From contig NC_014972.1 in the NCBI RefSeq assembly GCF_000186885.1, positions 240,001 to 272,000 on the forward strand: a stretch of DNA of 32,000 nt, given 5' to 3'. Every line of letters begins with the position of its first letter. Within the stretch, counting starts at the first letter, position 1. Of this stretch, positions 24,874 to 32,000 are shown piece after piece. Under the pieces are notes generated by a model. That model worked only from the letters and a program-made list of their open reading frames with translations. It was not told where the DNA came from and searched no databases. The DNA is from Desulfobulbus propionicus DSM 2032 (GTDB lineage Bacteria > Desulfobacterota > Desulfobulbia > Desulfobulbales > Desulfobulbaceae). The translations under genes and the position numbers were made by a program.

Positions 24874-25430
24874 GCCGCCACCCCCTGGCCTTGCTGGTCC
24901 GGCGGTGCGGTTGGTTGTTTCTTGCCGCCGTTGGCGGGTTGCTTTTCCTTCAGTAGCGCCTTGATGCGGCCTTCAAGCTCCATGGCATGGCTGGAAAGCA
25001 TATCGCCGCGCTGCGCAACAATCGCTGTGCAGGCCAGGGCCCTGGTCAGTTCCATCTTGACTTGATCATTTCCATACCAGCCGGTCTTGATCTGCTCCAG
25101 GGTGGCGGTCACCTTTCGAAGCAAATGTTCGTCGCTGTCCTGGTAGCGGTCCACATAGCCGGCAACGATGCGGGCCTGCTCATCGATGCAAAGATCGATG
25201 AGCTTTGACAGCCCCCATTGCAGGTCTTGGGCGATGTGATCAGCAAGGGAACCATCTCTGCATTCGCCCGGGTCGAAGTAGGAAAGCCGCGCTGTTTTGA
25301 TCAGCGCGCTCAGGGCGCGGGGGGCGTGGCATGCCTCATCAAATGCGTCTTGCAGATCAAGAGGGGTGCGGATGGTGGGGATTGAGGAAGAGGTGGTGCT
25401 GGCGGAAACTTCTTGCGAACGGTCAAACAT
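24870..25430 (-). CDS. Hypothetical protein (186 aa), first gene of the replication operon
   Basis: ATG at 25430 (MFDRSQE...) with GGAG 9 nt upstream. The stop overlaps the primase start (ATGA at 24870-24873). Confidence 0.6.
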   Translation of the reverse strand: MFDRSQEVSASTTSSSIPTIRTPLDLQDAFDEACHAPRALSALIKTARLSYFDPGECRDGSLADHIAQDLQWGLSKLIDLCIDEQARIVAGYVDRYQDSDEHLLRKVTATLEQIKTGWYGNDQVKMELTRALACTAIVAQRGDMLSSHAMELEGRIKALLKEKQPANGGKKQPTAPPDQQGQGVAA

Positions 25431-25444
25431 GGCTATTACTCCGG

Positions 25445-25517
25445 AAAATAAAAATGCCCAGAGTGGTACCACGCCTAGAAGGGCGTCGGGGTCCTCGCGG
25501 ATACCCCCCACTCTGAG
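25445..25517 (-). terminator. Leader hairpin 1: long stem-loop followed by TTTTTATTTT, immediately upstream of the orf186 RBS
   Basis: On the minus strand the outer stem is CUCAGAGUGG/CCACUCUGGG (10 bp, one G-U), with an inner stem ACGCC/GGCGU. It contains the shared 16-nt block at 25490-25505. Confidence 0.55.
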
Positions 25518-25644
25518 CAAATTCAAATTCTGGATGTGCGCTTATCTCCAGCCGTGCCTGAGCACCTTGGGCGGTGTCGGCAACTGGCTGGGCGCAAATA
25601 AAAAATTCCCGGTTTAAGGTGTGCGGGAGCCACCCTTCTAGTTT

Positions 25645-25660
25645 GGTATCCGCAAGATAC
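25645..25660 (-). ncRNA. Leader element B (minus-strand RNA GUAUCUUGCGGAUACC), partly complementary to the 16-nt block in hairpins 1 and 2
   Basis: It contains GCGGAUACC, the exact complement of GGUAUCCGC. The extended duplex with GGUAUCCGCGAGG has 11 Watson-Crick and 2 G-U pairs. The element itself forms a 5-bp hairpin (GUAUC/GAUAC). Confidence 0.35.
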
Positions 25661-25685
25661 GGAAAAGCCGCTATGTTCGCAAGGT

Positions 25686-25765
25686 AAAAATGCCCAGACT
25701 GCCAGGAGGATTGACCCTGACAGTCAACGCCTTGCGGTCCTCGCGGATACCGCACAGTCTGGGCA
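25686..25765 (-). terminator. Leader hairpin 2: long stem-loop followed by TTTTT, downstream of alpA
   Basis: Perfect 11-bp outer stem TGCCCAGACTG/CAGTCTGGGCA, with internal stems GAGGA/UCCUC and UUGAC/GUCAA. It contains the shared 16-nt block at 25736-25751. Confidence 0.55.
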
Positions 25766-25809
25766 AAAATCATTGGTATGGCCACGCCGGAAGGTCCCGT
25801 CACTTGATA

Positions 25810-26025
25810 TTATGCGACGTTACCGCTTCGGGCTTGCTGGATGCGGCCTGATATCCAGTTGTCGATCTCATCGGAAATCCAGGCCACGGCCCGGCCGGCC
25901 AGAGGTACGGCTTGCGGGAACTCCCCTTGCTTCATCAGGGCGTAGATGTGGGCGCGTTTCAGGCCGGTGCGCTTCTCAACATCCGGCCTTCTGAGTAGGG
26001 TTTTCGGCGGTGCTTGGCTTGACAT
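25810..26025 (-). CDS. alpA: AlpA-family DNA-binding protein (prophage regulatory/excisionase-like)
   Basis: 71 aa. LLRRPDVEKRTGLKRAHIYALMKQGEFPQAVPLAGRAVAWISDEIDNWI is the classic AlpA pattern. AAGGAG lies 8 nt upstream of the ATG. Confidence 0.85.
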   Translation of the reverse strand: MSSQAPPKTLLRRPDVEKRTGLKRAHIYALMKQGEFPQAVPLAGRAVAWISDEIDNWISGRIQQARSGNVA

Positions 26026-26049
26026 GCTCTATTCTCCTTGGGTTTATAG

Positions 26050-26064
26050 GAAGCAATTTGCTTC
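26050..26064. promoter_or_regulatory. Perfect palindrome GAAGCAA-T-TTGCTTC just upstream of the alpA RBS; candidate operator
   Basis: 7-bp arms, 25 nt upstream of the alpA start codon. Confidence 0.35.
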
Positions 26065-26187
26065 TCAATGTTCTGGCGGGAGAGTAGAGCGTTTTTCTGA
26101 TGGGAAATAGAACCCGTTGCAGGGGGGAAGGTGGTTTAAATCAAGAGTGTAAAAGTGGTTTTTTGTTTGAAATCGAACGGTTGAATC

Positions 26188-26994
26188 TCAGGGGTGTTTT
26201 TTTTCAGAGGTGTGCTTTTTGTCATGCCATGGCGGGCATGATCCTTGACCAGGGAATTTACACGGGGAAACGATAGCGGCTATATTCTGGCGGGCGGTAG
26301 GGGTTATGGATTTGTCAAAATGATCTTGTAACCATTTCTCAATCATTTTCTTGTGGCCGCCATGCGGCTTAAAAGCATTATCACCTTTATGGCCTTCATG
26401 GTCGGCATAAAGGGCGAACCAGGCATTGATAGCATGGGCAAGGTTTTCTGAATACCAAGGGTGCTCCTTGTCGATGACTTCAGCAATCATACTTGAATGG
26501 TCTTTGGCGCTGGTCATTGTTGACTTGAATCTTTCAAACTCTGTCCTGAGGATAACTTTTTTCGCTGTTTTGCTGTTGCACCCGAGTGTATATACTTGAG
26601 TGGCAAGTATATATTTATCATATCCTTCATGATATATCATAAACGGATATTTCTTTTCATGTACCAGTTCCAATGCCTCCCATCTTGATTTCACTGCAAC
26701 ATGAAAACTTTTATGTAATCCTTCTTCAGGATTGTCGGCGTCAATTTGGTAAACAATTGGACCTTCACCCCGTCGAGTTGGCGCTATAAAATCCCATAAC
26801 CCAAAAAGACGAGTATGGCATGGTGGGTACGCACTGCTGGTATTCCCATCGTGGATGTAACCTGGCTCATCTTCAAGCCATAGAACAAAATTTAGCTTTC
26901 TCGCCTCTATGAAATGGTTGATGTCTTCGACCTTGCATTCAAACATTTCCGCAACTTCATCCAGTGAATACCAGTCCTTGAACTGAGTAATCAT
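26188..26994 (-). CDS. Hypothetical protein (268 aa), low-GC orphan cargo gene between int2 and alpA
   Basis: Uninterrupted ORF at about 40-45% GC by eye, against about 60% for both neighbours. The N-terminus (WYSLDEVAEMFECKVEDINHFIEARKL) looks like a small excisionase/MerR-type HTH. The remainder has no motif I can name. Confidence 0.65.
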   Translation of the reverse strand: MITQFKDWYSLDEVAEMFECKVEDINHFIEARKLNFVLWLEDEPGYIHDGNTSSAYPPCHTRLFGLWDFIAPTRRGEGPIVYQIDADNPEEGLHKSFHVAVKSRWEALELVHEKKYPFMIYHEGYDKYILATQVYTLGCNSKTAKKVILRTEFERFKSTMTSAKDHSSMIAEVIDKEHPWYSENLAHAINAWFALYADHEGHKGDNAFKPHGGHKKMIEKWLQDHFDKSITPTARQNIAAIVSPCKFPGQGSCPPWHDKKHTSEKKHP

Positions 26995-27230
26995 CGCACA
27001 ACCTCCCTCAGGTCGTCACCCTGCAATGAAAACTGACAGGCAGGCCGCCAGGGTTGCGGCTTTTCGGGGGCCATCCTAGCCTGTCAAATCGTTGTAACCT
27101 TAAATCGACACCGTGCGCAGAGCAAGGCCGGACCGGCGCACGATCCGGCGCGTGTGCGCCTCATGGCAGGGTGGCCCCCCTAGCGGAACACGCCTCTAAA
27201 ATAAACGGGAACTTCTGGGCAGCTTGGCCG

Positions 27231-28460
27231 CTATCCGGCCGCTGCAAAAATGGGGATGATGTCCGCCCCCTTCTCCAAGGCATCAAGATAATCAGCCCAG
27301 GCCTGCATCATCTTGCGCCGTTCCGGTATGTGCTGGGCGTAGTTGTAGGCGGCCTTGACGCTGTTTCGCTCCTTGTGGGCCAGCTGCCGTTCGATCACGT
27401 CCGACGGCCAACCCTGTTCATGCAGCAGGGTTGAGGCCATGGCCCGGAAGCCGTGCCCGGTCATTTCATCCTTGGCATACCCCATGCGGCGCAGGGCGGC
27501 ATTGACGGTGTTTTCACTCATGGGGCGTTCGCCCGTTCGCAACGAGGGGAACACATAGCGGCCTTCGCCGGTCAACGGCTGTAACTCCCTGAGCACGGCC
27601 AGGGCCTGCCTGGACAGCGGCACAAAATGGAAGTTTTGCGGTATCGCCTTCAGCGCCTTTTTCAGCTTCCGCTTTTCCGGCGGTATCTTCCACTCGGCGC
27701 GGTCAAGGTCTATATCGGCCCATTCCGCATGCCTCAGCTCCCCAGGACGAACAAAGGTAAGCGGGGCCAGGCGCAGGGCGCACCGGGTGATGATTTCGCC
27801 CTTATAGCCCCTGATGGCCCGCAGCAGGGCGGAAACCCCTTTGGGGTCGGTGATGGTGGCCATGGATTTTGACGGTGGCGGCGGCAGGGCGCCGCGCAGA
27901 TCCGCGCTTGGGTCACGCTCGGCGCGGCCGGTGGCCACGGCATAGCGGAACACCTGCCCGCACATCTGCTTGATGCGGTGGGCCGTCTCTATGGCGCCAC
28001 GATCCTCTATCCGGCGGAGCACGGCCAGCAACATGGGCGCGGTCACATCGGCAATGGGCGTCCGGCCAAGCCACGGAAAGACGTTGGCCTCAAGGCGGGT
28101 GATAATGTCCCTGGCGTGATTGTCCGTCCAGGTGTGCTTGTTCTTGAGGAACCACTCACGGGCCACCGCTTCAACGCTGTTGAGGTTGGTGGCGGCTTCC
28201 TTGTCCATCTTCCTCTGTTCGCCGGGGTCGATGCCGTCGGCAATCAGCTTGCGGGCCTCGGCCAACCGCTCACGGGCGCCGGCCAGGGACACATCAGGGT
28301 ACACCCCCAGGGCCAGGGTTTTCTGCTTGTCCTGGAAACGATAATTGAAGCGAAAATATTTGCCGGTGGACTTCACCAAAAGGTAGAGCCCTTTTCCGTC
28401 GGTCAGCTTATAGGGCTGTTCCTTTGGCTTGGCGTTTTTGATGGCGGTATCAACGAGCAT
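27231..28460 (-). CDS. int: P4-type tyrosine integrase (int2), apparently intact
   Basis: N-terminal DUF4102-like arm-binding domain (KLTDGKGLYLLVKSTGKYFRFNYRF..KTLALGVYPDVSLAGARE). The catalytic residues are R (RPGELRHAEW), HGFRAMAS and LAHKERNSVKAAYNY. It lies 164 nt downstream of the tRNA-Ser 3' end, in the same orientation. Confidence 0.92.
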   Translation of the reverse strand: MLVDTAIKNAKPKEQPYKLTDGKGLYLLVKSTGKYFRFNYRFQDKQKTLALGVYPDVSLAGARERLAEARKLIADGIDPGEQRKMDKEAATNLNSVEAVAREWFLKNKHTWTDNHARDIITRLEANVFPWLGRTPIADVTAPMLLAVLRRIEDRGAIETAHRIKQMCGQVFRYAVATGRAERDPSADLRGALPPPPSKSMATITDPKGVSALLRAIRGYKGEIITRCALRLAPLTFVRPGELRHAEWADIDLDRAEWKIPPEKRKLKKALKAIPQNFHFVPLSRQALAVLRELQPLTGEGRYVFPSLRTGERPMSENTVNAALRRMGYAKDEMTGHGFRAMASTLLHEQGWPSDVIERQLAHKERNSVKAAYNYAQHIPERRKMMQAWADYLDALEKGADIIPIFAAAG

Positions 28461-28487
28461 TTGATGGTACCTGGATTCAAGATTGTC

Positions 28488-28510
28488 GAGATACCATCAA
28501 AAATACCATC
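28488..28510 (+). repeat. 23-nt repeat GAGATACCATCAAAAATACCATC (copy 2) between int2 and tRNA-Ser; candidate Int2 arm-type site
   Basis: 22/23 identical to 15728-15750. An inverted half-site TTGATGGTA at 28461-28469 forms a 9-bp inverted repeat with TACCATCAA (28492-28500), lying immediately upstream of the int2 start codon (28458-28460). Confidence 0.6.
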
Positions 28511-28554
28511 GCCAAGGACCGGCTGTCAATGAACTCTGTGGAACTCAGCGGAAA

Positions 28555-28588
28555 ATAAAAAAAGCCAAATGCTTGGTAGCAAATGGCT
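28555..28588 (-). terminator. Terminator downstream of tRNA-Ser (minus strand)
   Basis: Stem AGCCA..TGC/GCA..TGGCT with a symmetric A-A internal loop, followed on the minus strand by a T run (the plus-strand A run at 28555-28563). Confidence 0.55.
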
Positions 28589-28623
28589 TTTGTGACCTCT
28601 ATGGAACTTTGTGGAACGATTTT

Positions 28624-28713
28624 TGGCGGAGAAGCAGGGATTCGAACCCTGGGTGGAGTTACCCCCACAACGGTTTTCGAGACCGTCCCGTTCAACCACT
28701 CCGGCACTTCTCC
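28624..28713 (-). tRNA. tRNA-Ser (anticodon CGA), 90 nt with encoded CCA
   Basis: Folded by hand. Acceptor stem GGAGAAG/CUUCUCC; anticodon stem ACGGU/ACCGU with loop CUCGAAA. It has a long variable arm (GUGGGG..CUCCAC), a T arm CAGGG-UUCGAAU-CCCUG, discriminator G and CCA. Confidence 0.9.
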
Positions 28714-28725
28714 GCGTCGGGGCTA

Positions 28726-28754
28726 TTGATACCGTTTTCTGGCGGGAACGTCAA
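28726..28754 (-). promoter_or_regulatory. Candidate sigma-70 promoter of tRNA-Ser
   Basis: On the minus strand, TTGACG (28749-28754), a 17-nt spacer, then TATCAA (28726-28731), ending 12 nt before tRNA position 1. Confidence 0.5.
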
Positions 28755-28831
28755 CTGTTCCATCGCGCTGTTGACTTTGTCATTCCCCCTGGTTAAGTAA
28801 GAGCATCGTCATTTCCACCCAAGGAGCGGCC

Positions 28832-29350
28832 ATGTTTTTCTCTGGACTGCAATCGAAAATCCCCGCCTTCCTGACACTTTTGTGTACCCTGTTGCTGCTG
28901 AACGGTTGTGCCGCGATGTATGGCTTCAAGGAAGATCCCAAGGTGTCCATTGCCGATATTCGCATCCAGGAAGTCAAGGCGCTGGAAGGCGTTTTCCTCA
29001 TCAAACTGCGGATCTTGAACCCCAACGATGTCGCCCTCGACCTCCACGGCATCGACTGCGATCTGGAAATCAATAAACGCCATTTTGCCAGCGGCATCGG
29101 CGACAGCAATCAGAGCGTGCCGGCCTTCGGCACGGCGGTGGTGCCGGTGGAAGTCTACGCTTCGGTACTGGATATGATTGCCTCGGTGGCCGACCTGCTG
29201 CACACCGCCGGCAAGATTCCCTCCAAGGATGAACCCGTGCCCTATACCCTCCAGGGAAAGGTCCGGGTGGGCATTCATGGCTTCAAGAAGGAAGTGCCGT
29301 TCAAATCCACGGGAGAGCTCTCCCTCAAGGGGCTGAGCCAGTACCGGTGA
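28832..29350 (+). CDS. LEA_2/WHy-like lipoprotein
   Basis: Signal peptide with a lipobox (LLLLNGC), then KVSIADIRIQEVKALEGVFLIKLRILNPNDVALDLHGIDCDLEINKRHFASG, typical of LEA type-2 domain proteins. AAGGAG lies 6 nt upstream of the ATG. Confidence 0.75.
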   Translation: MFFSGLQSKIPAFLTLLCTLLLLNGCAAMYGFKEDPKVSIADIRIQEVKALEGVFLIKLRILNPNDVALDLHGIDCDLEINKRHFASGIGDSNQSVPAFGTAVVPVEVYASVLDMIASVADLLHTAGKIPSKDEPVPYTLQGKVRVGIHGFKKEVPFKSTGELSLKGLSQYR

Positions 29351-29535
29351 GGCCGATGGGCTCGCCTTCTCCCCGGGAAGCCGATGCTCGACGTCTCTTG
29401 TTCCCCCTTGCCTGCCGCTGAACGCTTTTCTCTCCCCAAGCGCCTGCCTCCCTTGGAGTCCAGCACAATTGTATTGACAGGATCAGCCCGTGCTTTAGAG
29501 TACAGGCCTTTTTGACGGGGGCATCAGGGAGGCAG

Positions 29536-30123
29536 ATGATAATGCTCAGCCAACAACAGGGACAAGTCCTTGTCCGCCTGGCGCGGCAGGAGATCGAACG
29601 CCATTTGGGCATGACGCCGTCACGGCCGGTCACCACCGAGGAGTTGCGCGATCCGGCCTTGCAGGAACGGCGCGGAGTGTTCGTCACCCTGCACAAGCGG
29701 GGCGATCTGCGCGGTTGCATTGGCAGCTTGGCCGCCGCGGAATCCATCGTCGACGGTACCCGGCGCAATGCCCTCAATGCCGCGTTCCACGATTATCGCT
29801 TCGAGCCGCTGACCACGGCCGAATTGCCGGCGCTCCATGTGGAGGTTTCGGTGCTCACCGAGCCCCAGCCGCTCGCCTATGAAAATGCCGACGATCTGCT
29901 GCGGCTGCTGCGGCCGGGCGTGGACGGGGTCATTCTCCAGGGACCGGGCGGGGCGAGCGCCACCTTCCTGCCCCAGGTGTGGCAGCAGTTGCCCGCCCCG
30001 GACCAGTTTCTTGGCCACCTGTGCCGCAAGGCCGGTTTGGCGCAAGGCGCTTGGCGTTCCGGAACGCTTGGCGTTTTTACCTATCAGGTCCAATCCTTCG
30101 AGGAACCCCGCGCAGACGGGTGA
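29536..30123 (+). CDS. AMMECR1 domain protein
   Basis: Hallmark LRGCIGSL motif and surrounding conservation (GVFVTLHK..., FHDYRFEPL, VEVSVL). The start is either ATG 29536 or ATG 29542, after GGGAGG. The track begins at a TTG at 29512. Confidence 0.85.
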   Translation: MIMLSQQQGQVLVRLARQEIERHLGMTPSRPVTTEELRDPALQERRGVFVTLHKRGDLRGCIGSLAAAESIVDGTRRNALNAAFHDYRFEPLTTAELPALHVEVSVLTEPQPLAYENADDLLRLLRPGVDGVILQGPGGASATFLPQVWQQLPAPDQFLGHLCRKAGLAQGAWRSGTLGVFTYQVQSFEEPRADG

Positions 30124-30128
30124 ACCCC

Positions 30129-30752
30129 ATGAAAGAACTGTTTCTTCCCCCGGAACTCTCCTGCGAGATCAGCGAGATCTACGCCTCCATGGCCACCGCC
30201 TACGACGAGGTGGCCCGCGCCATCACCCTGACCTGCGAGGGCTGTCCGGACAACTGTTGCGACTCCTATTTCCTCCACTACACCTATTGCGAATGGGCCT
30301 ACCTGTGGGAGGGCATTCGCGCCCTGGATGACGCCCGTCTGGATCGGATCATGCAGCGGGCGCGGGACTATGTGGAGCAGAGTCGCGTGCTGATCGCCCG
30401 GGGCCAGCGGCCGCAGATCATGTGCCCGCTCAACGAGGACGGCCTGTGCGGCCTGTACACGCATCGCCTGATGATCTGCCGCACCCACGGGGTGCCGGCC
30501 ACCTTGACCCGGCCGGATGGCCAGCATCTCCGCTTCCCCGGCTGTTTTCGTTGCCAGGAGATCGTCAAGGCCACCTATGCGGCGGAAACCGATGCTCCGG
30601 CCATGGACCGGACCATCCTCTACAAGCGGCTGGCGCAGCTGGAATCGCGTTTTTTGGGCGACAAACGCGGCCTCTTCCCCAAAATCAAGCTGACCATCGC
30701 CGAGATGATTGTCGGCGGCCCGCCCAGGGACATTAAAACCAACCGGAACTGA
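30129..30752 (+). CDS. YkgJ-family cysteine-cluster protein (CxxCxxCC putative Fe/Zn-binding domain)
   Basis: CEGCPDNCCDSYF motif plus a later CPL...GLCGLY...RLMICRTHG cluster. The start is the ATG at 30129 (MKELF...), 5 nt after the AMMECR1 stop. The longer track ORF from 29979 overlaps AMMECR1 and is not favoured. Confidence 0.75.
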   Translation: MKELFLPPELSCEISEIYASMATAYDEVARAITLTCEGCPDNCCDSYFLHYTYCEWAYLWEGIRALDDARLDRIMQRARDYVEQSRVLIARGQRPQIMCPLNEDGLCGLYTHRLMICRTHGVPATLTRPDGQHLRFPGCFRCQEIVKATYAAETDAPAMDRTILYKRLAQLESRFLGDKRGLFPKIKLTIAEMIVGGPPRDIKTNRN

Positions 30753-30776
30753 TCGCCGTCAAGGCACCCAGACATT

Positions 30777-31745
30777 ATGGACTCCATCGTACACCAGGCC
30801 ACAGAAACGATTCTCACCGGCGGCCAGATCGACCGGTCCACCGCGTCGCGATTGCTCGGCAGCGACAAAGAGGAGCTCTATCGCAGCGCCGATGCCATCC
30901 GCCGTCATTTCTGCGGCAACCACTTCGACCTCTGTTCGATCATCAATGCCAAGAGCGGCAACTGCACCGAGAACTGCCGATTCTGCGCTCAGTCGGCGCG
31001 CCACCGCACCGGTATCGACACCTATACCGTGATTCCCGAGGAGGAAGCCCTGGCCCAGGCCCGGGACAACGACGAGCACGGCGTGCATCGCATTTCGCTG
31101 GTCACCAGCGGCCGCAGCCTGTCGCCGGAGACGGTGGCAGAGCTGACTCACCTCTATCAGAAGATGGCCCAGACCACTTCGATGCTGTTCTGCGCCTCGG
31201 CCGGTTTTCTTGACGAGCGGATCGCCCGCGATCTGTATGCGGCCGGGGTGCGGCGCTACCACTGCAACCTGGAGGCGAGCCGCACCTATTTTCCCCAGGT
31301 GTGTACCACCCATACCTGGGAGGAAAAGGTCGAAACCCTGCGCCTGGCCCGCCAGACCGGCATGTCGCTCTGTTCGGGCGGCATCATCGGCATGGGCGAG
31401 ACCATGGAGGATCGACTCGACATGGCCTTTGAGCTGCGCGAGCTTGCGGTCAAATCGATCCCGGTCAACATCCTCACCGCCATTGAGGGCACGCCGTTGG
31501 CCGATCTGCAACCGTTGTCGGTGGACGAGGTCCTGACCACGGTGGCCCTGTTCCGCTTCATCAATCCCGACGCGGTGATCCGCATGGCCGGCGGCCGGCA
31601 GCAGCTGGGCGAGGAACAGTACCGCTGCTTCACCGCCGGCGCCAACGGCGCCATTGTCGGCAACTACCTGACCACCACCGGTTCGGGGATCGCCGGTGAT
31701 CTGCACCATCTCACGGAGCTTGGCTTCACCTTTGCGCGCGGATAA
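30777..31745 (+). CDS. bioB: Biotin synthase (radical SAM)
   Basis: [21 protein letters not shown] (CxxxCxxC). [28 protein letters not shown] and GGIIGMGET blocks are typical of BioB. Confidence 0.92.
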   Translation: MDSIVHQATETILTGGQIDRSTASRLLGSDKEELYRSADAIRRHFCGNHFDLCSIINAKSGNCTENCRFCAQSARHRTGIDTYTVIPEEEALAQARDNDEHGVHRISLVTSGRSLSPETVAELTHLYQKMAQTTSMLFCASAGFLDERIARDLYAAGVRRYHCNLEASRTYFPQVCTTHTWEEKVETLRLARQTGMSLCSGGIIGMGETMEDRLDMAFELRELAVKSIPVNILTAIEGTPLADLQPLSVDEVLTTVALFRFINPDAVIRMAGGRQQLGEEQYRCFTAGANGAIVGNYLTTTGSGIAGDLHHLTELGFTFARG

Positions 31746-31749
31746 GACC

Positions 31750-32000
31750 ATGGCCAGCGACAGTCTGCTGCGATTCGATCGCGACCACCTCTGGCACCCC
31801 TACACCTCGACCACCCGGCCGCTGCCGGTCTATCCGGTGGCTTCGGCTTCGGGCGTGCGCATCCGGCTGATGGACGGCCGGGAGTTGATCGACGGCATGT
31901 CCTCCTGGTGGTGCGCCATCCACGGTTACAACCACCCGGTGCTCAATCGGGCGATCCGCGAGCAGAGCGAGCGCATGGCCCACGTCATGTTCGGCGGCCT
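31750..32000 (+). CDS. bioA: Adenosylmethionine-8-amino-7-oxononanoate aminotransferase, N-terminal fragment (continues beyond the window)
   Basis: My own translation from ATG 31750 gives [83 protein letters not shown]. This is the characteristic BioA N-terminus, directly after bioB. Confidence 0.85.
   Translation, partial: MASDSLLRFDRDHLWHPYTSTTRPLPVYPVASASGVRIRLMDGRELIDGMSSWWCAIHGYNHPVLNRAIREQSERMAHVMFGG

Larger units (their letters stand above)
2927..28637 (-). mobile_element. Composite accessory region downstream of tRNA-Ser: two tandem integrative elements (A about 2927-15668; B about 15669-28637)
   Basis: Core-type genes flank both sides. Two P4-type integrase paralogs lie in the same orientation as the tRNA (int2 next to the tRNA 3' end, int1 12.7 kb further on). 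The cargo is defence, mobility and replication genes. GC drops locally at 2.8-4.8, 16.3-16.8, 20.0-20.4 and 26.2-27.0 kb. Exact boundaries are only tentatively placed, from short core matches. Confidence 0.6.

Noticed and set aside
27030-27180. GC-rich inverted repeats downstream of int2 (CTGACAGGC/GCCTGTCA and GGCGCAC/GTGCGCC), considered as terminators or an ncRNA.
   Set aside because: The stems are short, have long loops and lack a following U-tract. They are plausible but not distinguishable from chance hairpins in GC-rich DNA without transcript data.
29979-30128. N-terminal extension of the CxxCxxCC protein ORF, overlapping the AMMECR1 gene by about 145 nt.
   Set aside because: The extension is Ala/Arg/Pro-rich out-of-frame sequence of the AMMECR1 gene. 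A proper ATG at 30129 lies 5 nt after the AMMECR1 stop and begins the recognisable protein.

Overview
High-GC (about 60-65%) bacterial chromosome segment. All homology calls below come from reading motifs in the translations; no database search was run.

Core genes sit at both ends. On the left are an ABC ATPase fragment and an FtsX-type permease (1-2791). On the right are a LEA_2-like lipoprotein, an AMMECR1 protein, a CxxCxxCC protein, bioB and the bioA 5' end (28.8-32 kb). Between them lies about 26 kb of accessory DNA downstream of tRNA-Ser(CGA) (28624-28713, minus strand). I read this accessory DNA as two integrative elements stacked in tandem at the same tRNA.

Element A (about 2.93-15.67 kb) is a defence island.
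- It carries a HigB-like toxin with an XRE/ImmA-type antitoxin.
- It carries a type I R-M operon, hsdM-rhuM-hsdS-(four-helix-bundle gene)-hsdR, followed by two small unknown ORFs.
- Its P4-type integrase is dead: one in-frame TGA plus a replaced C-terminus.

Element B (about 15.67-28.64 kb) looks like a P4-like satellite or replicative island.
- Genes: an intact P4-type integrase, an orphan low-GC 268-aa gene, AlpA, a zf-CHC2/TOPRIM/P-loop primase-helicase, a 339-aa coiled-coil protein, two Mor-like and one GemA-like regulator, a second tyrosine recombinase, an IS630 copy and a 158-aa ORF.
- Non-coding elements: a structured 380-bp leader and a dense iteron array.

The most interesting signals are:
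1. The leader upstream of the replication operon (25431-25809). It has two structurally conserved hairpin-terminators with a compensatory change. They share a 16-nt block that can pair over 13 bp (a 9-nt exact-complement core) with an element lying between them. This layout resembles the P4 CI-RNA seqA/seqB/seqC immunity region.
2. At least 11 copies of CTACACCAC with an AT-rich tract (20033-20300), a candidate origin.
3. A perfect 17-bp tandem duplication that frameshifts hsdS.
4. The junction architecture supporting tandem accretion.
5. The orphan 268-aa cargo gene next to the integrase.

Four key genes carry inactivating lesions: higB-like, hsdS, int1 and the primase-helicase. Two of these lesions sit in homopolymer runs and could be sequencing artefacts.
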